64,000 nt of DNA from assembly GCA_028715175.1 (NCBI GenBank), contig JAQUSJ010000001.1, positions 472,368 to 536,367 on the forward strand. Reading direction: 5' to 3'. The position numbers and the translations under genes were made by a program. This DNA comes from Candidatus Daviesbacteria bacterium (GTDB lineage: Bacteria; Patescibacteriota; Microgenomatia; Daviesbacterales; UBA10151). The notes under the pieces are model-generated. The model saw only the letters and a program-made list of their open reading frames with translations, was not told the DNA's origin and made no database searches. Of the stretch, positions 29,049 through 37,419 are shown in pieces (position 1 is the first letter of the stretch; the number at the start of each line of letters is the position of its first letter).

Positions 29049-29645
29049 ATGAAAATATCATCTATCCTGATATTTATAGGATTTTTATGCATAATTTTAG
29101 GCATTGCTATTTTTGTAAAAACTTATTTTCCGGTGATTTCGCTTGAGCTTAATTATCAAGTTAATGCAGCTCAGGGACAGTTAGCGATTAAAAGGGAAAT
29201 CAAACCCCAGGATAGTCAGTTTGGAATAGTTATTCCTAAAATTGATGCAAATGCCAAAATTATTCCCAATGTGGATCCGTATAATGCCAGGCAGTACCAG
29301 GTGGCATTAACAAAAGGCATAGCTCATGCCCTGGGAACAGCTTTCCCGGGCAACGAGGGTGATGTTTTTTTATTTTCCCACTCCTCTGTCAATTTTTATG
29401 AAGCTCAAAAATATAATTCTATTTTTTACCTTTTAAATAAAATGGAAAAGGGAGACGAGATAGACCTTTATTATAACAACGGGAAATTTAAATACTTAGT
29501 CACTGATAAAAAAACTGTGGCTGCAGAACAGGTGAAATATTTATCAGGAAATGGATCAAAAAAAACTGTCACTCTGATGACCTGCTGGCCGCCGGGTACA
29601 ACCTGGGAGAGGCTGCTTGTGACAGGAGAGTTAGTGAAAGATTAA
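29049..29645 (+). CDS. Sortase
   Basis: IVIPKID, GIAH, FSHSS, TLMTCWPPG...RL (His/Cys/Arg triad). Confidence 0.93.
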   Translation: MKISSILIFIGFLCIILGIAIFVKTYFPVISLELNYQVNAAQGQLAIKREIKPQDSQFGIVIPKIDANAKIIPNVDPYNARQYQVALTKGIAHALGTAFPGNEGDVFLFSHSSVNFYEAQKYNSIFYLLNKMEKGDEIDLYYNNGKFKYLVTDKKTVAAEQVKYLSGNGSKKTVTLMTCWPPGTTWERLLVTGELVKD

Positions 29646-29687
29646 AACTTGATAACTATAAATTATAAATAGAAGGGGGGTGAAAAA

Positions 29688-30428
29688 ATGAATATTAAAA
29701 AAATGTTAATTGGTACAGCAGCAGGTGCTCTAATGCTTGGAAGTATTACAGCAATAGCATTAGCTGTAGGAAGCAATGGAAGTCTTGAAACTGGTACTAA
29801 TCCTGGTGTATTTATAACGCTTACATCGCCTAACACCTCCGATATTACGGATTGGTCGGTTGATTCTGGAAGCGTTGATTACATCGGCAGCTATTGGGTA
29901 GCATCTAATGGGTCACGGAGTATCGATCTTAACGGTCTTGCAGCAGGATCTGTTAGTCAAGCATTAACAACAGTAACTGGAGCTACTTATAATGTTACCT
30001 TTGATTTGTCCGGAAATCCGGATAGTCGGCCAGCTGAGGATCCTCTCTTCAGTCCGAGCAATAAAGTGTTAAGAGCTAGCGCAACCGGTGCAGTTTCTCA
30101 AGACTTTAGTTATGATACAAGTTCTAAAGGTAATAGCCTCTCTGATATGAAATGGGAAAGCCAGTCTTATTCCTTCGTTGCAACGGGGATAAGTACTGTC
30201 TTGACTTTTGCCAGTCAGATTCCAGGTGCTTTTGGTCCTGCATTGGATAATGTAGCAATTGCAGAAATTTTACCAACTCCATCTCCGTCACCGACTCCTA
30301 TTGGTCTACCGACCAACAAGGATCAGTGCAAAAAAGGTAAGTGGGAGGACTTTGGTGTGTTTAAAAACCAGGGGGATTGTGTTTCATTCGTAGCAACAGG
30401 CGGTAAAAATTTACCAGCAAATCCATAA
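29688..30428 (+). CDS. Secreted choice-of-anchor C/DUF642-like protein
   Basis: GSVDYIGSYW.ASNGSRSIDLNG, FGPALDNV; C-terminal CKKGKW...FKNQGDCVS module; strong SD. Confidence 0.8.
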   Translation: MNIKKMLIGTAAGALMLGSITAIALAVGSNGSLETGTNPGVFITLTSPNTSDITDWSVDSGSVDYIGSYWVASNGSRSIDLNGLAAGSVSQALTTVTGATYNVTFDLSGNPDSRPAEDPLFSPSNKVLRASATGAVSQDFSYDTSSKGNSLSDMKWESQSYSFVATGISTVLTFASQIPGAFGPALDNVAIAEILPTPSPSPTPIGLPTNKDQCKKGKWEDFGVFKNQGDCVSFVATGGKNLPANP

Positions 30429-30443
30429 GCTGCGATTTTTTTA

Positions 30444-30506
30444 AGCAACCCATCGGGATGGCCCTTCGATATCGCTCAGGGTTATAACTTGGTGGGTTGT
30501 TTTTTT
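30444..30506 (+). terminator. Intrinsic terminator with a family C element in its loop
   Basis: GCAACCCATC ... GGTGGGTTGT-TTTTTT; loop contains CCCTTCGATATCGCTCAGGG. Confidence 0.7.
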
Positions 30507-30559
30507 AGTTGACAGCCTTTTTGACAAATAGCCTATAATCTGGTAGTATTTCCTCTAAT

Positions 30560-31228
30560 ATGGTAATTGAATCAGGGAGTTCTCACCTCAGACAAGCAAT
30601 AATTGCCTATGATGCCTGTAGAGATAGATTGACACCACAGTTAGTCACTGCATATTGGCGGACAAAATTCAGAGTTAATGGAGCAAAAGTAGGACTTGAT
30701 ATAGTTGTACCAGACTGTGATTGGACAGAAGAGGAAATTAGAAGACCGATGATGAGTATATCAGGTGAAGGAGTTCTTGGAATGATGGTATATAGACCAC
30801 CAGAAATTACTCTCCCGCTTTTAAACAGGTTGTATCCTTTAATGGGGATGGCGACTGATTTTGTTGAAGAAGACTCTCTCGTAATCGATACTCATGGTAC
30901 CACTGGATGGATAAAAGTTGAAGCAACTATTGATGCTCCAAATTGTAATACTTTCCAAAAAGATCTGAAGAGTTTTATTGAAAGGAGTGGATATTTTGGA
31001 CAAAGACTGATTGTTTATATTTTAGCTTCTCAAGCTAGTAAAGATTTAACTGGTCGATATTTTGATCAAGAACTTATTTATTGTAGACTGTTTGGGTCTC
31101 ATCTGGATGGAGGCGGGATTATATCCGCTGGCTTTGATCCGAGTGGCTATCTGGGGTTCGACTGGCGCCTCAATCCCAACTTTCGCGACCGATTCCTAGG
31201 TGCTCGTTTTGAGGAGATAAAAAGATAA
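30560..31228 (+). CDS. Hypothetical protein with CLec/DGR-target-like C-terminus
   Basis: Ends SAGFDPSGYLGFDWRLNPNFRDRFLGARFEE; GC-richer NNC/NNT codons in the last ~100 nt. Confidence 0.7.
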   Translation: MVIESGSSHLRQAIIAYDACRDRLTPQLVTAYWRTKFRVNGAKVGLDIVVPDCDWTEEEIRRPMMSISGEGVLGMMVYRPPEITLPLLNRLYPLMGMATDFVEEDSLVIDTHGTTGWIKVEATIDAPNCNTFQKDLKSFIERSGYFGQRLIVYILASQASKDLTGRYFDQELIYCRLFGSHLDGGGIISAGFDPSGYLGFDWRLNPNFRDRFLGARFEEIKR

Positions 31229-31324
31229 ATATTTTCAAAATTGACATTTATCAGTTATAGGGTAAAATATAGTTAGTACCATGACTCAAAGGTCGTGGTT
31301 TTTGTTAAAAAAGGAGGTGAAAAT

Positions 31325-31564
31325 ATGCCAGAAAGAATGAGAGAAGTATTAGAAATGGTTATTGGGAGAGCAGGTATGAGAATGAGGAGGAGTGGATATC
31401 CATACGGTGGGATTACTCGTAGTAATGATGTTGTTTACGGCTTATCGTTCAAAAAAGGGGGAAAACCTAGGGAGGATCCGCGTAACGGACCTGTGATTAT
31501 TTTAAGAGCTGCTGGTAAGCAAGATCATCCTCCTTTAGAAAAAAACCAAGACAATTCAAAATAG
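31325..31564 (+). CDS. Small basic hypothetical protein
   Basis: Strong SD AAGGAGGTGA before ATG 31325; sigma70 promoter upstream. Confidence 0.6.
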   Translation: MPERMREVLEMVIGRAGMRMRRSGYPYGGITRSNDVVYGLSFKKGGKPREDPRNGPVIILRAAGKQDHPPLEKNQDNSK

Positions 31565-31577
31565 CTTTTTTAGCCTT

Positions 31578-31593
31578 TTCGTCTTTTATTTGG
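31578..31593 (+). promoter_or_regulatory. Putative LexA box upstream of uvrB
   Basis: TTCGT-CTTTTA-TTTGG. Confidence 0.6.
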
Positions 31594-31614
31594 TAGATGG
31601 TATAATTGGCTGTT

Positions 31615-33636
31615 ATGCCGAAATTCCAAATTGTTTCTGATTTTAAGCCAACCGGTGATCAGCCACAAGCCATTGGAAAACTTGCGACAGGTCTCAAAAA
31701 TGGGTCCAAACACCAGGTCCTTTTAGGGGTAACCGGCTCCGGTAAAACTTTCACCATAGCCAATGTTATTGAAAAAGTCCAAAAGCCAACTTTGGTTATT
31801 TCCCACAATAAGACTTTGGCAGGTCAGCTAGCCCAGGAATTTAAATCCCTTTTTCCCCGAAACGCCATTGAGTATTTTGTTTCCTACTACGATTATTATC
31901 AACCCGAAGCTTATATTCCCCAATCCGACACCTATATAGAAAAAGATGCCTCGATTAATGAGGAAATCGAAAAACTCAGGTTATCCACGACTGCCTCGCT
32001 TTTAACGCGCAAAGACACCGTGGTGGTGGCTTCTGTTTCCTGCATTTATAACCTGGGTTCTCCGGTTGAATACGGTCAGGCGATATTGGAAATTGGCAGC
32101 GGTATGAAAGCCGGAAGGCAAGCAGTGATGAAAATCCTGCAGAAAATGTATTACGAGAGAAACGATATTGATTTCCAAAGAGGTGCATACCGGGTGCGCG
32201 GTGATACTTTGGATATTTTCCCGCCGTATTTGGATCAAGGTTACAGGCTACAATTTTTAGGGGACAGGGTAGAGAAAGTAAGTCAACTCGAAGTTGTGAC
32301 AGGTCATGCCACAAAAATGCAAGGAGTACAAATTATTTATCCGGCAAAACACTACATTACTCCGGCACAGCGGATTGTCCCCGGAATAAAACAAATAGAG
32401 AAGGATTTAGAATCTAGAGTCAAGAGTCTAGAGTCTGGTGGAAAGCTGGTAGAAGCTCAAAGACTCTTACAAAGAACCCATTACGACTTGGAGATGATAA
32501 AAGAGTTTGGATATTGTAACGGGATTGAGAATTACTCCCGTTATTTTGATGGGAGAGAGCCGGGTGAGCCCCCTTTTACTTTGATGGATTATTTTCCCAA
32601 GGACTTTTTAACTATTATTGATGAATCCCATATTACTATTCCGCAAATCAGGGGGATGTATAACGGGGACCGTTCCAGAAAAGAAACTTTAATTGATTTT
32701 GGGTTTAGATTACCTTCTGCGCTGGATAACAGGCCTCTTAAATTTGATGAATTCCAGAGAAGGGTTAATCAGGTAATTTATGCTTCAGCCACACCTGATG
32801 ATTATGAAGTGTCTTTGGCGCAAACCTACAATCCCGGTTTGTCAAGCCAAATTCAAACCGGGATTGAAAACGTAAATGGTATAGCAGAGCAATTGGTTAG
32901 GCCTACAGGAATTCTGGATCCGGAAATCAGTATAAGACCCACTCAAGGGCAGATAGAAGATTTAATACGGGAAATCAAATTGCGGGTAGTGAAACATGAA
33001 CGTACCCTGGTAACAACACTGACAAAACGTATGGCTGAAGACTTAACAGATTATCTGGCTGAAAAAGGAATTAAGGTACAGTATTTGCACTCTGACGTGG
33101 CTACGCTTGAACGTTCTGATGTGCTGCAATCCTTAAGACTTGGTGAATATGATGTGATTGTAGGTATAAATTTGCTCAGAGAAGGGTTGGATTTGCCGGA
33201 AGTTTCGCTGGTAGCTATTTTGGACGCTGATAAAGAAGGGTTCTTAAGATCTAAAACTTCCCTTATTCAGACCATGGGACGGGCTGCAAGACACGTTAAG
33301 GGTAAGGTAATCATGTACGCGGAGGCGGTAACCGGTTCAATAAAAGCTGCAATTGAGGAGGTAGAGAGGAGAAGAAAGTACCAGGAAGCATATAACAAAA
33401 AGCACCATATTATTCCCAAAAGTATTGAAAAAGCTTTGAGGGAAAGACTGGTTGAAAAAGTAGAGGAATTGGAAGAAAAGTTGGGTAAAAGGGATCTGAC
33501 AATTGATGACATTCCTCCCAACGAGCGGAAAAAGATGGTTAGAAATCTGGAGGCCCAGATGAGGGAAGCAGCAGAGCTTTTAGACTTCGAAGAAGCAGCC
33601 AAACTTCGGGATCAGATTAAGGAATTGAGCATGTAG
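31615..33636 (+). CDS. uvrB: Excinuclease ABC subunit B
   Basis: PTGDQPQAI, LLGVTGSGKT, YYDYYQPEAY, DESH, GINLLREGLDLPEV, UVR domain. Confidence 0.98.
   Translation: MPKFQIVSDFKPTGDQPQAIGKLATGLKNGSKHQVLLGVTGSGKTFTIANVIEKVQKPTLVISHNKTLAGQLAQEFKSLFPRNAIEYFVSYYDYYQPEAYIPQSDTYIEKDASINEEIEKLRLSTTASLLTRKDTVVVASVSCIYNLGSPVEYGQAILEIGSGMKAGRQAVMKILQKMYYERNDIDFQRGAYRVRGDTLDIFPPYLDQGYRLQFLGDRVEKVSQLEVVTGHATKMQGVQIIYPAKHYITPAQRIVPGIKQIEKDLESRVKSLESGGKLVEAQRLLQRTHYDLEMIKEFGYCNGIENYSRYFDGREPGEPPFTLMDYFPKDFLTIIDESHITIPQIRGMYNGDRSRKETLIDFGFRLPSALDNRPLKFDEFQRRVNQVIYASATPDDYEVSLAQTYNPGLSSQIQTGIENVNGIAEQLVRPTGILDPEISIRPTQGQIEDLIREIKLRVVKHERTLVTTLTKRMAEDLTDYLAEKGIKVQYLHSDVATLERSDVLQSLRLGEYDVIVGINLLREGLDLPEVSLVAILDADKEGFLRSKTSLIQTMGRAARHVKGKVIMYAEAVTGSIKAAIEEVERRRKYQEAYNKKHHIIPKSIEKALRERLVEKVEELEEKLGKRDLTIDDIPPNERKKMVRNLEAQMREAAELLDFEEAAKLRDQIKELSM
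32829..32866. repeat. Perfect 13-bp inverted repeat in frame in uvrB
   Basis: CAATCCCGGTTTG-N12-CAAACCGGGATTG. Confidence 0.85.
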
Positions 33637-33659
33637 ACAGGTATGTTATAATAATAATT

Positions 33660-33947
33660 ATGGCAGGACCAGGAAAAGAAAGAACAGGGGAAAAACATCC
33701 TTCTAGGACTAGAAGATGTCTGAACTTAATAGAGAGAATAGAAATACTAACAATGGAATTGCCAGGCAGGCCCGCAATTACAGCAAGCCCTTTTGATGGC
33801 TGTGGTATTAAGACTCCTGAACAAGTTGAATCAGAAAGAAGACGGACGAGTGATGTAGAACGAATAAGAGTCCAAAGAAGAGCCCTAACTGAGTCACTAA
33901 AAACTAACGCAATAGATATATTAGGTGTTCCTTTTAGATTACCCTAG
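33660..33947 (+). CDS. Orphan hypothetical protein
   Basis: 95-aa ORF; TATAAT just upstream. Confidence 0.55.
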   Translation: MAGPGKERTGEKHPSRTRRCLNLIERIEILTMELPGRPAITASPFDGCGIKTPEQVESERRRTSDVERIRVQRRALTESLKTNAIDILGVPFRLP

Positions 33948-33989
33948 ATAAGCTTCTTTAAAATTTCAATTTATGATATTTATATTAAT

Positions 33990-34193
33990 ATGAATATAGG
34001 AGTAGAATCGAGCATAGAATACAGGAGAAATGGACTTATTGATGCTAGTGTATTTTCTAGTAAACAACCTGGTTTAAATTCAACGGGTTCAACAGTAATA
34101 GATAGAATAGGTGGATTTAGTGGTCCTTCGTGTCGGGATATGATTAAGAGAATTATAAAGGAAGATCCTGAATTTCATAAACGACTCCATTAA
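33990..34193 (+). CDS. Orphan small protein
   Basis: 67-aa ORF in AT-rich context. Confidence 0.45.
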   Translation: MNIGVESSIEYRRNGLIDASVFSSKQPGLNSTGSTVIDRIGGFSGPSCRDMIKRIIKEDPEFHKRLH

Positions 34194-34262
34194 AATTTAA
34201 TTTTTTTGGGATAAATACCCCTTTTCAAATCTTGCAAAATGGTGTAAAATAAATCATTCATT

Positions 34263-34278
34263 TTCGGGAAAAATTCGT
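34263..34278 (+). promoter_or_regulatory. Putative LexA box upstream of uvrA
   Basis: TTCGG-GAAAAA-TTCGT. Confidence 0.65.
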
Positions 34279-34284
34279 CCTTCC

Positions 34285-34346
34285 TGTCATTCTGAGGCGA
34301 AGCCGAAGAATATAATTATATCCTTCACTAATCGCTCAGGATGACA
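34285..34346. repeat. Family B 62-bp hairpin element in the uvrA 5' UTR
   Basis: TGTCATTCTGAGGCGAAGCCGAAGAATATA...TATATCCTTCACTAATCGCTCAGGATGACA. Confidence 0.88.
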
Positions 34347-34351
34347 ATAAT

Positions 34352-37300
34352 ATGGCTATAGACAAGATAGTTATCAAAGGAGCTAGAGAACATAACCTTA
34401 AAAACGTTGACCTGGAAATTCCCAAAAACAAGCTGGTAGTTTTAACAGGAATTTCCGGTTCAGGCAAGTCTTCTTTGGCTTTTGATACCCTTTATGCCGA
34501 AGGTCAAAGAAGGTATGTAGAATCACTTTCTTCCTATGCCAGGCAGTTTTTGGGGGTAATGGATAAACCTGATGTGGATTTGATTGAAGGGCTTTCTCCG
34601 GCCATTTCTATTGACCAAAAAGGTGTTTCACATAATCCCCGTTCAACTGTCGGTACGACCACCGAAATCTATGATTATTTGCGGCTGCTTTTTGCCCGGG
34701 TTGGCCATCCACATTGTCCTGTCTGCGGCAGAGAAGTTGCCAAGATGAGCGTGGAACAGATAGTGGAGAAAGTAATAAGTGACAAGAAACAAGTAACAAG
34801 TAAGGGGAAAAGAATTATGATTTTGGCGCCGGTGGTTAAAGATAGGAAAGGGGAATATTCCCAGCTTTTTGAAGACTTTAGAAAAAAAGGATTTTCTAAA
34901 GTTAGAGTTGATGGACAAGTAAGAGATCTTGATGACTCGCCTCGCTCCGCGGGCGGAGCGGGAGATCTGGTGTTAATTAAAACTAACAAACACACGATTG
35001 ATTTGGTAGTAGACAGATTAGTGTTAGATAAAACTGTCATTCTGAGCGAAGCGAAGAATATAAAGTTATATCCTTCGGCTACGCCTCAGGATGACAAGAG
35101 TAAAAATAGTGTTCATCTTTCGACAAGCTCAGGACAAGAGAACAATATGTACTCAAGATTGTCACAAAGTATTGAGACAGCGCTTAAATTAGGCGAAGGA
35201 TCAGTGATTATCTCGCAAGTTCTGGATGCTTCTTTAGAATTTCCACAGTACCCTAAAAAAATGGATGACCGTCTTTATTCGGAAAGGTTTGCCTGTCCGT
35301 TGGACAGCATTTCTCTTCCGGAAGTTGAGCCAAGACTTTTATCTTTCAATTCGCCTCATGGAGCTTGTTCCGTCTGCGCCGGACTGGGTAGTCTTTTGGA
35401 GATAGATGAGACAGCGGTTTTAAATCCAATTCTTTCTATTGCGGAAGGCGGAATACTTCCCTGGTCAAGACTTGCTTCAAGTGATACCTGGTTTAGCAGG
35501 TTGATTGAAGCTGTTGGGAAAAAATACGGTTTTGATTTAAATACCAGACTGGGAAATTTAACAACTGAGGCTAAAAAGATTTTGCTTTTCGGCAGCGGAC
35601 AAGATCAATTTAAAGTGGAAGGTAGAAACAGACAAGGCAGATGGACCCATTTTTATTCGGAGTTTCAGGGCTTGGTAGCTTATCTTAAGCAAAGATATCA
35701 GGAATCGGAATCAGACTTTGTTAAGGCCGAAATTGAAAAATATATGGTGAAGGAAGTTTGTCCGAAATGTAAGGGTGCAAGATTAAAGGATGAGGCTCTT
35801 TCAATCACCATAGACGGATTAAATATTGCTGAAGTCACCAGCCAATCAATAGTGCAAGTGCTGGAATGGATATCACACCTCGGAGGTGTGATATCGGAAC
35901 GCGAAGCGCAAATTGCCACACCGATCGTAAAGGAAATTATATTACGCTTAAGTTTTTTAATTGATGTTGGTTTGGATTATTTAACGCTTGACCGTCCTGC
36001 TTCGACTTTGGCCGGGGGGGAATCACAACGGATCAGGCTGGCTTCTCAAATTGGTTCAGGGCTCTCCGGGGTACTGTATGTCTTAGATGAACCATCCATT
36101 GGTTTGCACCAGCGGGATAACCGTCGCTTGATTGAGACTTTAAAAAAGCTGAGAGATTTGGGTAATACGGTTATTGTTAATGAACATGATGCTGAAACAA
36201 TGGAGGCTGCGGATTTGCTCATAGAGATTGGTCCGGGAGCTGGTGAACACGGAGGCAACATTATCTTTATAGGAACTCCGGAGCAAATGAAAAAAAATCC
36301 GAATTCTTTGACAGGGCAATATTTATCCGGCAAGAAAAAAGTGACTCCGATATTTCATCGGAGTCATCCTGATCCGGCTTTACCGGAGAAGGATCTCTCG
36401 AATAACAGGGCTTTAACCGTATTTGGAGCCACAGAGCACAATTTAAAAAATATCAACGTTTCCTTCCCTTTGGGGCAATTTATTGCTGTGACAGGTGTTT
36501 CCGGTTCAGGTAAATCAACTTTAATTCATGATATTTTGTACAAAGCTTTAGCGCAAAAAATATACAGGTCAAGAGAAAAATCCGGAGGACACAAAGGGAT
36601 GGAAGGAGTAGAAAATATAGATAAAGTTGTTTTGGTGGATCAGTCGCCGATTGGCCGTACCCCCCGCAGCAATCCAGCCACTTATACCGGCGCATTCACT
36701 TTTATCAGAGATTTATTTGCACAGTCTCCTGAAGCGAAAATAAGGGGATATGGACCGGGCAGGTTTTCATTCAATGTCAAAGGAGGAAGATGTGAGGTTT
36801 GCGAAGGCGAAGGTACTCTTAAAATCGAAATGCAATTTTTGCCGGATGTTTATGTTACTTGTGAGTCGTGTAACGGCGCAAGGTATAACAGGGAGGCTTT
36901 GGAAATTAATTTTAAGGATAAAAACATAGCGGAAGTGTTGGATATGACGGTAGAAGAGGCCTTGAGGTTTTTTGAGAATATTCCTCATATTAAAAACAAG
37001 CTGCAGGTTTTATTTGATGTCGGGCTTGGCTATATTAAACTGGGGCAACCGGCCCCCACACTGTCAGGAGGAGAGGCTCAACGGATTAAACTGTCTTCGG
37101 AGCTCTCCAAACGGCCCACAGGGCACACCATGTATATTTTAGATGAACCAACCACCGGACTCCATTTTGCAGACATTGAAAGACTCTTGACGATTTTGCG
37201 AAAACTGGTAAATTACGGCAATACTGTGATCATTATTGAGCACAATTTAGATGTCATTAAAAATACGGATTGGATTGTAGACCTTGGGCCGGAGGGCGGA

Positions 37301-37396
37301 GACAAAGGCGGTAAAGTTGTAGCGGAAGGTACCCCCCGGCAGCTTGCCAAAATAAAATCTTCCTACACAGGCCAGTATTTAGCTAGGATAATTTAA
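34352..37396 (+). CDS. uvrA: Excinuclease ABC subunit A
   Basis: GAREHNLKN, two Walker A motifs, zinc fingers, [20 protein letters not shown]. Confidence 0.98.
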   Translation: MAIDKIVIKGAREHNLKNVDLEIPKNKLVVLTGISGSGKSSLAFDTLYAEGQRRYVESLSSYARQFLGVMDKPDVDLIEGLSPAISIDQKGVSHNPRSTVGTTTEIYDYLRLLFARVGHPHCPVCGREVAKMSVEQIVEKVISDKKQVTSKGKRIMILAPVVKDRKGEYSQLFEDFRKKGFSKVRVDGQVRDLDDSPRSAGGAGDLVLIKTNKHTIDLVVDRLVLDKTVILSEAKNIKLYPSATPQDDKSKNSVHLSTSSGQENNMYSRLSQSIETALKLGEGSVIISQVLDASLEFPQYPKKMDDRLYSERFACPLDSISLPEVEPRLLSFNSPHGACSVCAGLGSLLEIDETAVLNPILSIAEGGILPWSRLASSDTWFSRLIEAVGKKYGFDLNTRLGNLTTEAKKILLFGSGQDQFKVEGRNRQGRWTHFYSEFQGLVAYLKQRYQESESDFVKAEIEKYMVKEVCPKCKGARLKDEALSITIDGLNIAEVTSQSIVQVLEWISHLGGVISEREAQIATPIVKEIILRLSFLIDVGLDYLTLDRPASTLAGGESQRIRLASQIGSGLSGVLYVLDEPSIGLHQRDNRRLIETLKKLRDLGNTVIVNEHDAETMEAADLLIEIGPGAGEHGGNIIFIGTPEQMKKNPNSLTGQYLSGKKKVTPIFHRSHPDPALPEKDLSNNRALTVFGATEHNLKNINVSFPLGQFIAVTGVSGSGKSTLIHDILYKALAQKIYRSREKSGGHKGMEGVENIDKVVLVDQSPIGRTPRSNPATYTGAFTFIRDLFAQSPEAKIRGYGPGRFSFNVKGGRCEVCEGEGTLKIEMQFLPDVYVTCESCNGARYNREALEINFKDKNIAEVLDMTVEEALRFFENIPHIKNKLQVLFDVGLGYIKLGQPAPTLSGGEAQRIKLSSELSKRPTGHTMYILDEPTTGLHFADIERLLTILRKLVNYGNTVIIIEHNLDVIKNTDWIVDLGPEGGDKGGKVVAEGTPRQLAKIKSSYTGQYLARII
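35035..35135 (+). repeat. Family B (35035-35096) and family C (35117-35135) elements in frame in uvrA
   Basis: TGTCATTCTGAGCGAAGCGAAGAATATA...TATATCCTTCGGCTACGCCTCAGGATGACA; CTTTCGACAAGCTCAGGAC. Confidence 0.9.
35869..35895. repeat. Perfect 27-bp palindrome (family E) in frame in uvrA
   Basis: GATATCACACCT-CGG-AGGTGTGATATC. Confidence 0.85.
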
Positions 37397-37419
37397 AGGT
37401 ATTTTGCTACAATAATCAG

